Position numbers and translations under genes: made by a program
Source of the DNA: Macrostomum hystrix
Lineage: Eukaryota; Animalia; Platyhelminthes
NCBI GenBank assembly: GCA_950097015.1
Contig: CATNEN010000038.1
Span: forward strand, 16,988,001 to 17,052,000
Direction: 5' to 3'
Length of the DNA stretch: 64,000 bases
Shown here: in pieces, positions 38,201 through 48,302 of the stretch
How the letters are laid out: every line of letters begins with the position of its first letter
Numbering within the stretch: the stretch's first letter is position 1
Notes under the pieces: model-generated
Seen by the model: the letters and a program-made list of their open reading frames with translations, nothing else
The model's database searches: none
What the model was told of the DNA's origin: nothing

Positions 38201-41200
38201 CGTTGGTTCGTTGTTTGTTTTTCTGTATGTCTGTTTGTTTGCTAAATGTTGTACGATTATGGTGGGTTGGTTCCTTGTTTGTTCGTTTGCTATTTCTTCT
38301 ATTGCATGCAACAAAATAACTGTGATTCTACGAGCTTGTATACGCTCACAGCCTTAATAATTTTATCATAGCTTCTCGTTCGCATTTCTAGAATTTTAAA
38401 TAGATTGTGCATGTTGACTTTCTTAAGCGAATAAAAAGTTGAACAAGTTTGGCATGATAATTACAGCATAGCAACCGACTCTGCATGCCATCCTTACCCT
38501 ATGTTTAACTAGATATTTCGACATGCATTTTTTATTCAAAGCATGCTTTCACATAATTTCTGCTCTTCAATGAAACTTCAAGATGCATCGAGTCTGCTGA
38601 GAATTTACAGTTATCAGCGCTCAAACGCGGTGGCAAACAACTACACGTTGGAGACCATTGAGTACCTACTAGCAGCCAGAGGTATTCAGCCCGAAGTGCC
38701 ATTGTGAAGCATTCCACTGACAGCTATCATTATCGTGACTCTCCTAATGATAGAGAGAGAGTGTGAGGGTAGGAGGGAGGCGGAGGGTAGGAGGGAGGCG
38801 GAGGGTAGGAGGGAGGCAGAGGGTAGGAGGGAGGCAGAGGGTAGGAGGGAGGCAGAGGGTAGGAGGGAGGCAGTGGGTAGGAGGGAGGCAGAGGGTAGGA
38901 GGGAGGCAGAGGGTAGGAGGGAGGCAAATGGTAGGAGGGAGGCAGTGGGAAGGAGGGAGGCAGAGGGTAGGAGGGAGGCAGAGGGTAGGAGGGAGGCAGT
39001 GGGTAGGAGGGAGGCAGAGGGTAGGAGGGAGGCAGAGGGTAGGAGGGAGGCAGAGGGTACGAGGGAGAGAAATGGTAAGGAGAAAGCGAGGGTTCAGGTC
39101 CTCAGGCTTCAGATTCGCAAATGCCTGTGCTTGGTTCTAACGCGCTTTTACTTGTCGTTAGCCTGCCTACCTTCAGTCGAAGGAGTAGCTTGCTTACCAT
39201 TAACCAGTCCATTATTGAGAAAAATGATTGAAATTGATTTCTGTAGATATATTTTACTCATCCGGTTGTTGAACTAGTTGTACTAACAGCTCGTTGCAGT
39301 TTTCTGAGTTGAATTCGCGCGTGAATACTTTTTTGTGAATCTCGGTTCTGCGTAGCTTTGAGTTTTGTTTTGTTTTGCATTTAAATAACTAAATTCGTTT
39401 TAGTATTCTTAGCAAATTTATGTTAACAACCAAACAATAGATAGTAGGTTAGTTTCGTAGCATAAATAAAATACAGGTAGTAATGATTCGTGTTTTGTTA
39501 CTTATAGTAGTGTACTGCCGGTAGAATGTTAAAGTTAGCCATCTATCAATTGTTTGCCTCTCAGAAAACGAGCAGCGACTGACGGAAGCCGGGCAGTTCT
39601 CTCGAGCTATCTCATTGGAAGACACGGCAGCAGCGGCTTCTGCTGAGCCAGTGTCAACTAATCCGCGGTCGTTGCAGCTGCTGCACAAACGCTCCTCGTC
39701 CAGTAATCTCATTGCCGCAACTAGCGTTGGTGGGCAGTCAGCAGCCCAGAGCGCAGATCCCACGCAAATTATGCAGGGTTAGTGCGGTGATCGGCTTACT
39801 TTAAGTATTTTTCCTTGTTACTAGGGTACCCAACTAGGGGGTGAGTGTCAGCGGTCAACGCGTTTAGCTCTAGGCACCAAGGTACCTACCAAGGTACCTG
39901 AGCTCAATTCCGTGGCGAGGCCACATTTATTTGGGACGCAGCCGCGGATAGAAGGCTTGGAGGCTTGTCGCGCAATTTACGACCTTGGGAGCCAACCTCC
40001 AAGGCACAGTGAGAGTGTACACTTACCTAACAATGAGAAAGTGCCTGTTTGAGCGAGTGTCAGCGAAATGGGCAGAATTGCCTCCTCGCTGGCTGCAAGT
40101 CTAGTGTCGCCAAATGATGAGCCAATGCCCGCAGCAATCTTGAAATTATTATTATTATTATTATTATTAGGGTAACCAACTTTTTCGATTAAGCAGCCTC
40201 AGTTCTTCGTTCGAATTTAAATTTCTTGAAGGAAATCGAATTCCTATTCAGCTGCAGTATCTTCAGATAATTATTTATTTTCTATAATCCTGTACTCTTC
40301 AAAGATGCCCCTTAATTGGTGGTAGGAGAAATCCACAGCAGTCAGACATCCAAGCAAACTTCTAGAATATATTTTTTGTTATAATTAAATTGTTTAAAAT
40401 GTTTTAAAATGCTTCAATTTGTGACGTAAATTTTTAGCACTTAGAACTTTTATTACAACTGAAACTTGTGCTCTTCTTTAGTAATAACCACAGAATATTA
40501 CATTATCCCTTATTATTTACGGTTTTATTTTTTATTAAGATATTCTGTGGGACCAACTCTAAATGCATTGTGATTAAACATCTTCTGATTGTACTAATCT
40601 ATCATTACTTTAGATTAGTTTCGCTTAGATCTGATAAACAAATAAATTCTTTTTTGAGGCCAGAGCAGTTTCGCTTCATTTTCTGATATTGAAATCAAAA
40701 GCTTCCGTCAATCCTTTTGCAGCCGATAAGATCAACAAGACCAGACGAATTGTGTTCCCGAAAATTCCCGAAATTCGGACCTCGCCGAATTTCCACAAGG
40801 CTGATTAAATATATTTTAATTGGTTATAAAAAACAAAATTGTAGTCTTTCATGCAGTGCAGATTACCAGATCGAGAAATAATGAACTCAGGCAAGACAAT
40901 TCTATAAATAAACATAATTTTCGTCGTCCGGATAGTGAACAAATACTAAATTTTAAAGGTTTGTCATAAAATTTAATTTAACCGTTCAGTTGATTTTATT
41001 TTAATAAGCACTTATTTTTACTGTAGTACACTCGAATTCACAATTACATTCAATTATTCAGTTCACACTTTTTAATTCGCTTTTTTAGCTTTTAATAAAT
41101 CACGTACCGGTCGGTTTCACATTTTGGTTTCGAATTTCCGTTCACATTTTTTATATCCAATTGTTCTTTAATTCAGCTTTTTGTATAACATTTTAGTCAC

Positions 41201-42339
41201 ATTCTCTTCAATTGAACCTATACCGTGAATACTTTAAGCTGTATTTGTTGATCCTGAATATACTACTATTTTTATCGGGAACGAGTAGTAGAAGAGAAAA
41301 AATGCTTACTATTTAAAGGCTTCTTCATTCCTGCAGCATGTATGGAAAGATTTTGTTTCGTTCCATCGAGCGTTCAAAACGTTTTCCTGACCTTGGCCTC
41401 TCAAACTGCAGGTCGCCTTCTGGCGTCTCGGCACTTCCGTGGTTACGGTGCCGGCCTGCGTCATTCGAATCGTCGATTGCAAAGCGCGTCACCATCGTAC
41501 CCAGCTCACTCGGTGCCTGTGCAGATTGGTGAGGCCTATTCTTTTGTATTACTGACCAGATTGAGTCTAGAGAGACGAAAATCTTGATCATCAAAAGCAC
41601 AGTTAGACAAACTGAAATCCACGCTCGTAGTATAAATTAAATCGTGTGGTAATGTTCTAATAACTTCTTGGAGTAGCTTGCAGCCCAGTGAGTGGGACTT
41701 CGGATCTGATCGTCTTTTATAAAGAACGACAATTAGACTTTCGTATTTCTTTTGTTTCAAAGTAAAGGCTGCAATTTTATTGTAGACATTACATATTTTA
41801 CATTAGCTCATTCACAGTACTACCCCTTGAATTCCTGATGCTTCAAATTGATTTAAAATATTCTATCTCTATGTTATCGACTTCTAATGTCTACAAGCTA
41901 AAGTTGCTGCATCTAATAAAACACAATTTCAGCTGCCGAGGACAGGCTTGCCTACCATCTGGAATGGAGCCTTTCTCAGCAGCACCAAGCCGCCGCTGCA
42001 GCTGATACAACTTCAACAATCGATCATCATCAGCAACAGCAGCAGCATCCGTTGCGTCATCAACAGGAGATCGCCCAGACATCGAGCCATCCGACGGTGA
42101 CAATTAGCAGTTCCACTCGTCCTCCCCTGCCAGTGACGACAGCACCGCAGCAGCAGCAGCAGCAGCAGCAGCAGCACAAGCCAGCAATGATCAGCCTGCA
42201 CATGACTTCGTCGCCAATAACGGCGGTAGCTGTCCCGCCAACAACAACCCCTGCCCCACAAGGTCGCAGGCGGGTGTCACTGCCGGGACCTAAGCCAGCT
42301 CAGCATCTGCAGCAGGTGCGGAGGAATGTACCGATGTGA
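14284..42339 (+). CDS. AGBL2: Cytosolic carboxypeptidase 2/3-like tubulin deglutamylase (M14D), multi-exon
   Basis: Phase-consistent GT-AG exons read by eye: 14284-14346 (tentative first), 14788-14842 ([17 protein letters not shown], like the AGBL2 N-terminus), 14934-15050, 15122-15195, 15295-15365, 15440-15519 (WPIELEV), 15594-15679, 15762-15892 ([10 protein letters not shown]), 19967-20099 ([16 protein letters not shown]), 20722-20843, 29991-30330, 30595-31260, 34370-34684, then less certain 36142-36201, 37407-37628, 37718-37940, 38583-38681, 39565-39777, 41412-41528, 41933-42339. Confidence 0.85.
15762..15892 (+). CDS. AGBL2: AGBL exon with the CCP N-domain FESGNL motif
   Basis: cag|FIKSRVGG...[18 protein letters not shown]|gtgagt; missed by the ORF track. 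Confidence 0.88.
16195..17095. repeat. 22-bp minisatellite (cctcgagaaagacgttgattag), ~40 copies, decayed units from ~15960
   Basis: Direct tandem units in an AGBL intron. Confidence 0.95.
17860..19938. repeat. 31-bp minisatellite (ggtccttcgttggataacctccgcccatcat), ~66 copies
   Basis: Direct tandem units ending ~28 bp before the 19967 acceptor. Confidence 0.95.
19967..20099 (+). CDS. AGBL2: AGBL exon with the WFYF motif
   Basis: tttcag|..[44 protein letters not shown]|gtcagt. Confidence 0.88.
20722..20843 (+). CDS. AGBL2: AGBL exon
   Basis: cag|[40 protein letters not shown]|gtgagg. Confidence 0.85.
20860..23885. repeat. 16-bp purine-rich minisatellite (gagatgag[a/g]cacgg[t/c]a), ~190 copies
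   Basis: Starts just after the 20844 donor; resumes at 28961-29138 beyond the Gypsy insertion. Confidence 0.97.
24435..28718 (-). CDS. Gag-Pol polyprotein, 1427 aa (Gag 2xCCHC, protease, RT, RNase H, integrase)
   Basis: CGFC..H..C / CNSC....H....C knuckles, VDTGADV protease, FFDD RT, DASK..G/EKELLA/SDHKPL RNase H, H-H-C-C plus TDLF/SDGG/NGRAER integrase; PR-RT-RH-IN order. Confidence 0.96.
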   Translation of the reverse strand: MDGLRPPEPMVFDANRADNWRKWSKAIDFYMKATKKTEESEEVKIAIVLTALGSEGQDVFSTFPSAEVTTYVGVLNQFKNYCEPMSNETFDRYLFRTRVQKESEDFDQFVASLRQLVTRCNYGTPANGESVSDSVIRDQIVMGVGDPALKERLLRESNLTLNRAIQMGRASETSKRQASAMLTTQSSRAEPSTVDAVQSRPRAPAGPPKPPSGRGCGFCGLQHERRKCPAFGRKCNSCGRLNHFSSMCRSSKKVNELQEDKQQLDCADQEATPAKVMTVETPEGQRLHDYTTMMVSLTAKDSGRKLQFKVDTGADVNVVPLRCLIKFAPAAEIEPTTWTLTTYNRQQLDVIGLTHLTVSSPCQKNVKLQFVVVGENATPIIGWKSALHELHLIKKLFAINKSPPNVSKVEKPHQSQITSSQLIADYPTVFKGVGCMKQQYTIQLTENAAPKVQPPRKVPFAAYQPLKCELERLERDGTIVRVDEPTQWVSNVTIVWKKDGSMRLCLDPTYLNQFIIREYHPIPTAEEVRMATAGAMVFSTFDANESFHQLKLDEQSSFLTTFHTPFGRYRWKRVPYGLSSIPEVFQKRMEENVTSHVKNSKNFFDDIIVWGRTIEEHDIAVRSLMEQCKRANVTLNPNKMRVGAQELSYLGDILGPDGIRADPQKVKAIKEMTRPDSLEGVTAKREQLRRFLGCVTYLARFCPQLSATAEPLRHLLKKEVIWSWLDQHDQAYEAIIADLCSNRVLATFDVTKPVTVSVDASKSGIGAVLLQDDRPVEYASSAMTSAQRAYAQIEKELLAIVYGCKKFHRYIWGRTVNVQSDHKPLEAIFKKALCDTTPRIQRLMLQLQPYDIRVKYTPGKDLYVADTLSRAHGAADLLTIQLEEALDGQVLSVECCFSGDREILHMIRNATAKDMTSERLRNVILDGWPEHRTRLTDDLKPFWDVRHDLTYASGLLCLKDRIYVPCGDSRKQVLEILHVGHPGIVKMHLKAKDYFYWPGMRNCVEQVVTNCESCQRNMRTQSKETLMTVDMPDFPFQNCSTDLFEFGSSSYLVYVDSYSHWMSVTRMRSTTSAAVVSVIRDHFQSFGVPEKLVSDGGPQFSAREFRQMITEFKVEHRTSSPTYPQSNGRAERYVQTAKNMLKKCSETGQNLELALLHYRNTPVGSGFPSPAEMAFGRKLRCDLPATVQDLRPKEIHLHSSIEAFEKERTRAAQLYNRGARPLRRLAAGDLVWLQRGRRDWVAAEIDSELENCPRSYWVRTETGQLLRRNRRFIRPRKLGVPLSESLHCDNDEAEQPASVQPASVQPASVQPASVQPASVQPASVQPASVQPASVQPASVQPASVQPASVQPASVQPASVQPASVQPASVQPASVQPASVQPASVQPASVQPASVQPASVQPASVQPVEPYRTRRGRVVKKPMFYHPS
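24497..24838. repeat. 15-bp in-frame tandem repeat inside the Gypsy ORF (QPASV, ~23 copies)
   Basis: (ggctgcacggaggcc)n. Confidence 0.95.
28961..29138. repeat. Distal remainder of the 16-bp minisatellite
   Basis: Same unit as 20860-23885. Confidence 0.95.
29525..29966. repeat. 39-bp minisatellite (gattgctagtctagccctagtacatgaaggaatacaatg), ~11 copies
   Basis: Intronic; ends ~24 bp before the 29991 acceptor. Confidence 0.92.
29991..30330 (+). CDS. AGBL2: AGBL exon with the YPYTY motif
   Basis: [29 protein letters not shown]...LCRSLAGN; AG at 29989-29990, GT at 30331. Confidence 0.9.
30595..31260 (+). CDS. AGBL2: AGBL catalytic zinc-carboxypeptidase exon
   Basis: RVHPGE (Zn ligands), NPDG, DLNRNY, DLHGHS and FTMEAT (catalytic Glu) are all intact. 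Confidence 0.93.
31390..31850. repeat. Degenerate CT-rich repeat (ttatcttctcccc-like)
   Basis: Pyrimidine-rich low-complexity tract in an AGBL intron. Confidence 0.8.
33430..34215. repeat. 23-bp minisatellite (ggttaacctgttagacagttatt), ~33 copies
   Basis: Direct tandem units upstream of exon 34370-34684. Confidence 0.95.
34370..34684 (+). CDS. AGBL2: AGBL post-catalytic exon (acidic SSDGGSDSS plus basic patch), 315 nt, phase 0-0
   Basis: ttgcag|[12 protein letters not shown]...[18 protein letters not shown]...KP|gtgagt. Confidence 0.8.
34960..35892. repeat. 26-bp minisatellite (acctgtctaacaggtagcgccggtac), ~35 copies
   Basis: Direct tandem units downstream of exon 34370-34684. Confidence 0.95.
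36925..37260. repeat. 38-bp G-rich minisatellite (gggcagaggagtgaggtgggctgaaggattggggccta)
   Basis: ~8-9 copies, decaying toward the 3' side. Confidence 0.9.
38018..38290. repeat. Imperfect (GTTT)n microsatellite
   Basis: Visible tttg/ttag/ttgg runs. Confidence 0.85.
38765..39059. repeat. 18-bp purine-rich minisatellite (gagggtaggagggaggca)
   Basis: ~16 tandem copies. Confidence 0.92.
39836..40167 (+). mobile_element. Complete tRNA-derived SINE (family A) with (ATT)n tail and TSD
   Basis: Homologous to 9148-9430; (att)n tail; TSD tagggtacccaact (39822-39835) / tagggtaaccaact (40168-40181). Confidence 0.8.
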
Positions 42340-43543
42340 GGAATCATCTGTGATTGCGTACAGACTCAATCTAGATATGTTTTGCGTTGGCTAAGGAGAG
42401 GTGAAGCAGAAAATTAATTATCCAAAAAACCGCAACAGAGACCTGAAAAAGGATAGTGAATCGACTTATATATCTGTATCTTAAAAAAGAGGGATAGAAT
42501 TTCAAAGTACCAGCAGCCAATCACAGGCTGGCTGCCGTCTATGATGGGGGGTTAGAACTGACCCATAACAAGCCCAGCCCAACGCTTGGGGCAGAGAAAT
42601 AGCATGGGGAGGGTGGCAGAACACACACAACCTTGGCACAGCCAATCGCAGGCTGGGGTTGGGGACACTGCTGCCAGCGCGGACCAATACTTCATGCGTC
42701 ATGCAGGGTATACATTTTTGGGCATAGTCAGAGAGAAACAGACAAACCTGTTTTTCTATTCTAGCTCTTACAAATTAACCCTGAGACTAGGATAGTGGGC
42801 AAGCCAGTAAATAGTTTGAGAGGACCACTATATTTGAGCAATGCTTGTTCCCCACACATTCTGTATTCTTTTTCAATAGCCATACAGTTTTAAGTTTTTT
42901 ATTAATTTATTTTCTTCGTGCAACAATATCCTGTGTTATAATCCTTGATTGATTTACTTCACTATTTTATTATTTCGTATCCTACAACTCAGTTTATTAG
43001 TTTACGTTGAATGTGTTTAACTGGCACTTGTTTGTTTACAAGTTATTTAATTCGTTTTGTTTAAATGCTTGGTAGTTCAGACTGACTTTTTACGCGTGTA
43101 TCTACGGTAGAATTATGCGTAATTAGCAGCTCGAAGTGCTGTAAATCTACTGGTTAGACTGTTTTTGTGTATTTTGAGGTAAGAAAACTGTGCCTTATTT
43201 AAAAAAATGTGCACCTTAGCCGACTGTGTTTAACTATTTCATTAAACAAGTCAGGTAAAAAATAAACAAAAAAATTATAGTTGACTTTAATAAATTTTAC
43301 AGGACCACTGCATTCATCTGTAGGATCAAATTTTCTAAGAATAATACTTTCTTGGGAGTCATGTTAGCCAGTTACAGCATTAGTACTTCAGTACTAAAAT
43401 AGTAGTTAATTCTCTATGCAGATTGCAATTAGAGATAATTTTTATGATCTGTAGCTGACTTGCTACAAATGTTGTCGTTAAATTTAAGAGTCGGCAAAAG
43501 CTTGAGCTTGTCTATTTAGTTTTGTCGTGGGGTTACATTTAAG

Positions 43544-46032
43544 CAAGGACTTCTATATAATAGCATCTGGACTGGAAACGAGAAATAAATTTCACAATTA
43601 TTTTACCACATGAGGCCAATGTTTAGCCGAGCACAGCGGCTCTCCAGAGAAACATATCTACTTAAGCCGTCACACATCTCAAGGCGCCTACATTCCAGGC
43701 ATGCACATTGAATTTGGTGGAAATCCTATGTTGTGGAGAGAAATGGAGTCTACTTTTTTCGGAGAAGCATTTCCGATTGATTTCAATGGCGTTTCAAATT
43801 GGCATTCCATCAGTCCCCAGCTGTTCACCATAGACACTTGTTCCAGAACTGCCACGACTTATGGCCACGTAGTGGCACTAATTTGAATTGGATCAGATTT
43901 CCTAGTTGTTTCATTTCATACTCAACGCAGTTTCCTCAGTTTTCTTTTGCCAAGGATTTCTGCGCCATAAAAGCATATCCTTCACTATGGTGAACAAGTG
44001 TTCCGCATTCGGTTGCAAGAGCGGCTTCGCTAATAGTTCAACGCCAGGTACTGTGACATTTCATTGCTATCCACTCAACAACCCGAGTCTATATTGAAAA
44101 ATGGAATAAGGCAAATCCGAGGAAGGCGTTTCAGCCCACCAGGTATTCTCGTATCTGCTCGCTTCATTTCACCACTGAAGACTTCGTCGAAACAACTCGA
44201 GATAGCAATATCACTCGCAGAGAGAAGAAAGGCCAGCTGACCAATCGTTATCTGAGGCAGGATGCGGTGCCAACTATCTTTCCTAATGCACCTGCATACC
44301 TTTCTTCTGTCCGGCAAGCAGCTCGGAGCACATGCTCTGCGACATCATCTGCGCGTCTGGAGGCTGAAAACATGCGTCTCAATGATCAAATCGCCGACTT
44401 CTTTGCCAACGATTCAATTCTCAGTTGCTCGCTACGAGAAATTCAAGAATTGCTCGAATCAGAGGAAACGAGACCAGATGACTTTCAAACTGCAATTTGC
44501 AACGAGTTCCTATGCATCTTCATGCTGGAGGTAAAGCATGTCTGCCAGGTTGCGTGCTCCATCTGCATTGGACCGAATCACAAAGTCTCCGTTGGTCTGA
44601 ATGGCACAGCACTGTTACAAGACCAGGTGGTAAAATTGGTTGGCACGGATGGAAAAGTTTCTTCCATCAGTGAAGTTGTGAGTTTGATGGCTCGAGTCAA
44701 GAACTTGAAAGAAGGTCTTGAACGCGCTGAGCAGCAGATGTTGCCTGATGTTGTTGTTAAGAAGCATTTCGATCACTTCATGGACATGGCCCACAACAAT
44801 CTGACAAGTGCTCTAGAGCAAAAGGAAGGTCGGTGACTTTTATTCGAGAGCAGCTGCAGTTGAGCTGTGAGCCAAAGACATCGAGGAGATACTCTCAACA
44901 GCTGATGGTCTTGTGCTACATGATTTATTCAGTAAGTGCTGCAGCTTACGGGCTTCTACGTGAGCAAGAGATTCTCTGCCTGCCATCAGAGCGAACTCTG
45001 CGATCAGTCACTAGGAGAATTGGAAAGGATGGATTGGATTCTCAGAGTTACCTTCGGCTGCGAGCGTCCAAGCTGACACAGATGGAGCGAGTTGTGGTGC
45101 TGATCATTGATGAGATCTATGTGGCCAATCGAATTGAGTACTGTGGAGGCCAAGTGAGTGGATTGGACAATGATGGAGTTGTTGCTTCAACCTACTGTTG
45201 CTTCTTGATAAAGTCAATTGCAGGCAAGTACAAGGACATGGTGTCCATGTTTCCTGTGGCAAAGCTGACAGCACAGAAGCTCAGTCACTAGTTCCAGGAT
45301 GTCATGGATTTGCTGCGTAGCCTGCAGTTCTCCGTCATTGCAATATCCGTTGATAATGCACCAGTTAACAGAAAGTTCAGACACTGCTGGCAGGTGTTCG
45401 AGGAGATCCGGCAGAGCAATGAACTGCGCAGACGGCTGCTGCATGCTCCCAACCAGATGCAGCTGTTCTGTCACATTGTCGATGAGATGATGGATGACAG
45501 CAACTATCTGGAACATTTCATGGGTCAGACGATGTGCACGGGTGACCATGATGTTAAAGAAGGAATCGTCTGTGCATTTTTCAACTACATGATGAAAAAT
45601 CTAGTCAAGGACGTTTCGGTTAGTGGAGCTGGGGCTCGAAGTAAGCGAAAGTCGGCCAAACTTTCCAGTGCCAGAACAGACAAGTAACTTTCATTTGATA
45701 CCAATACGACCTCTGTGAACACTCTTCTGCAAGTTCTACGTTACCATTGCCTACGTGTTTTGTTTGTTACCGATTGTTTGAAGCACACCTGCATATGCGT
45801 TAATCCATTTGAATTTGCGTTGCTGCTTCAAGGTACTCGTAAACATAAATTAATAATCTGAAGAAAGGAACTAGCCAGTTAACATTACATCTCTGGATTT
45901 CCGACATTTGAATTTCCGATCTTGCATTTCCCAGTTTGACAGATTCCATAGAAAGCAGGGGAAAAACTGGCCTCATGAGGTAATGGGTATTTCTTCGCTT
46001 CCAGTCCAGATGCTATTATATAGAAGTCCTTG
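43544..46032 (+). mobile_element. P-superfamily (THAP) DNA transposon, internally deleted and disrupted
   Basis: 34-bp perfect TIR caaggacttctatataatagcatctggactggaa; 7-bp TSD ATTTAAG; THAP domain (MVNKCSAFGC...RICSLHF...DAVPTIF) from 43987; P-transposase motifs LPSERTL, LIIDEIY, VDNAPVN; stops and frameshifts. Confidence 0.92.
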
Positions 46033-47239
46033 ATTTAAGTCTTAACCGGGCGACTGTACCTAACGATAACAAGGGTCATAGACAAATTAGCGGTAAGGGG
46101 GGAAATAAAAGTACCATTTGAATCTTTAAATATTAAGAGTTAAAAGAAAGAAGTGAATTTGCTGCTACAGATCTTATTGTATTTTGAGACGGCTCAGTTG
46201 ACTCGCGCCCTTGATGAACAGGGAGGCTTAGCCTTCCACCCCGACTACTTTGCCAATGACACATCGATTTTGGTTGCAGCCGCGGACAGAAGGCTTGTCT
46301 TGCTGGCTTGTGTTGTGTTTACAGCTCATGGGGCCAACCCCCGAGGCGCAGTAAGAGTGTACACACGATGTATTGCCATTCCTGAAATGCTCGTCCTACC
46401 AACGAGGATGGCTTCGTACTGTGGTGACGTGTGGAGCGTCAACCCGAAAGGCAGCTCAGCGTGCAGCTTTGTTGCGTCGATGACCTCCACCCTGTTGTCC
46501 TTGACCATAGAAGACGCCGAGCGCCAGCTGGACAAGCTGCTGGTCCCTCGGGTCCCTCGCAGGCATAGGGGGCGCGCCAGCACGCCCGACACCTCAATGA
46601 AGTTCCGCACCCCTTCAAACCCGCCAGCGGGTGGGGTGCGGACGCCGAGGCGACATCCGGGTTATTAGAGCATTTTACGCAGAAAAACCCGCGACACCTG
46701 CCACTGCGAAAGGAAGCTCCCTTTGACAAGCTCAGGCGGTGGTCGAGACCGTCCTATTGTTTAACGCCCAGACCTGGACGCTGACGGACTCGCTCGAACG
46801 GTCTGTTGTGCGCTGCCTTTTAGATCGGCAACGAGCGAGACACTAACGCCGTAAACTGTCGTCACACCGGCCTGACCCGTCTCAGTGAACTGCTGCGTCG
46901 TCGGCGACTCCAGCTGGCAGGCCACATCATCCGCGCCGAGTCCAACTGTCCACAGCCGGAGCAGGACATGCTGCTGGCACCCTACCGTGGTGGCCAGGCC
47001 TGAACTCAGCGATTCGTCGACTGCCTACTGGTTAACGCTGGCGCTCTTACTATGCCGGCGGTTCGGCCGAAGCTATAAAGCGCGCCCTGTGACGCTTCGC
47101 TTTTTGAGTTGACAGCGTACATGGTTGTCGCAGTTTTGCGAGTGTTTTCGCTCTTTATAAAAGCAGAGTGATAAAAGCGTTTTTTAGTCCATAAAAGCGT
47201 AAGTGTATCACATCTCACATTCTCTCGTCTACCCGATAA

Positions 47240-47510
47240 TGTCCAAGTTTAGATTCCCAGTCACTTTATTCGCTCCTCACCAGCGATTGTGATCTGTATT
47301 TACCAGATGCAGAGCAGGTGTAGCAGCTCATGCGCATAGCTCACTGTAGCGTGACCTTTTGAGTCGAGTCCTTGAGCGCAAGCAGTGTTTGAGTGTTTGA
47401 TGCCTATGACGCTACTGTAGCTATGACCTTGAGACTGACCTGTGCTACCTGCTGGAGTTCGCTGCCGTGTCAACTGATCTAAGCATCAGCAACAATGCCT
47501 AGTTCTGATA
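47240..47510 (+). pseudogene. Relic of a WSC-PAN gene copy (upstream region joined to a terminal-exon fragment)
   Basis: 47240-47405 matches 52760-52912 (upstream of copy B); 47440-47508 matches the CxLLEFAAV tail at 57690-57762. Confidence 0.55.
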
Positions 47511-48302
47511 CACGATCGCACAATGCCGGTCACACATTTCTTGTTGCAAATTGCAATGTCAATAGACACACGGTATCTTCAGTTCATGCTGATCACACGA
47601 ACCTTTAACTGCTCGCGATAAGACCATGTCTTGACTGTACCTCTTCGAAGTGAATCGAGGCCTGCAAAAATTATCTCAGATTGATAATAACAATTTTCTA
47701 CTACTTCCCAGCAATCTCCTGCAGAAATCGTCCTGCAATCTTTCTCTTTTTTTTCTCGCTTATTGGGCCCTGCCCTGCCAGCAGGCATATCGAGATAAAT
47801 AAAGCGACACGAGAAACGAAAACTCTGAATTAGAGAGGCGTTAAGGATTAGGAAGCTGGTGTGGACTTATGCTCACTAATTTGGACTCCAGAGTAAATGG
47901 AACTAATTTTTGCTAAACCTTTCTAAAACGCTTCAATTAATAGACTGCTTAATTTTGTAAAAATATAGCAGAGGTCCTCACAGTTCAACAGTTCAGCTGA
48001 AGTTAAAGTCTCTAGTATTTTACGTGTCGCATTTAATTTCGCCTCATCAAGCCAAGAAAGGTTCACCTGGATCTTTAATCCACTCATAATAAAATCAATT
48101 TAATAACTGAGCCAAAAATGGAAAGAACTGATGGCAATTCACTGATAGGCAGATTAAATCCTGTAACAAATCTGATATTCTCAATTCAATATTATTACAT
48201 CCGAGCTAAAAAACATATTTTTATAGATTCTCTCTGACAGAAGAGCTAGTTCAAAGTATTTTTCTGGCCTTTATAAAGCAATACACAAATTCTCTATCAG
48301 GT

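Noticed and set aside
46420-47219. GC-rich block possibly a solo LTR (similarly 12380-12960)
   Set aside because: No convincing TG...CA boundaries with TSD and no second copy in the window
47800-47860. KRKL*IREALRIRKL resembling a Penelope GIY-YIG C-terminus
   Set aside because: Too short and interrupted to support a call
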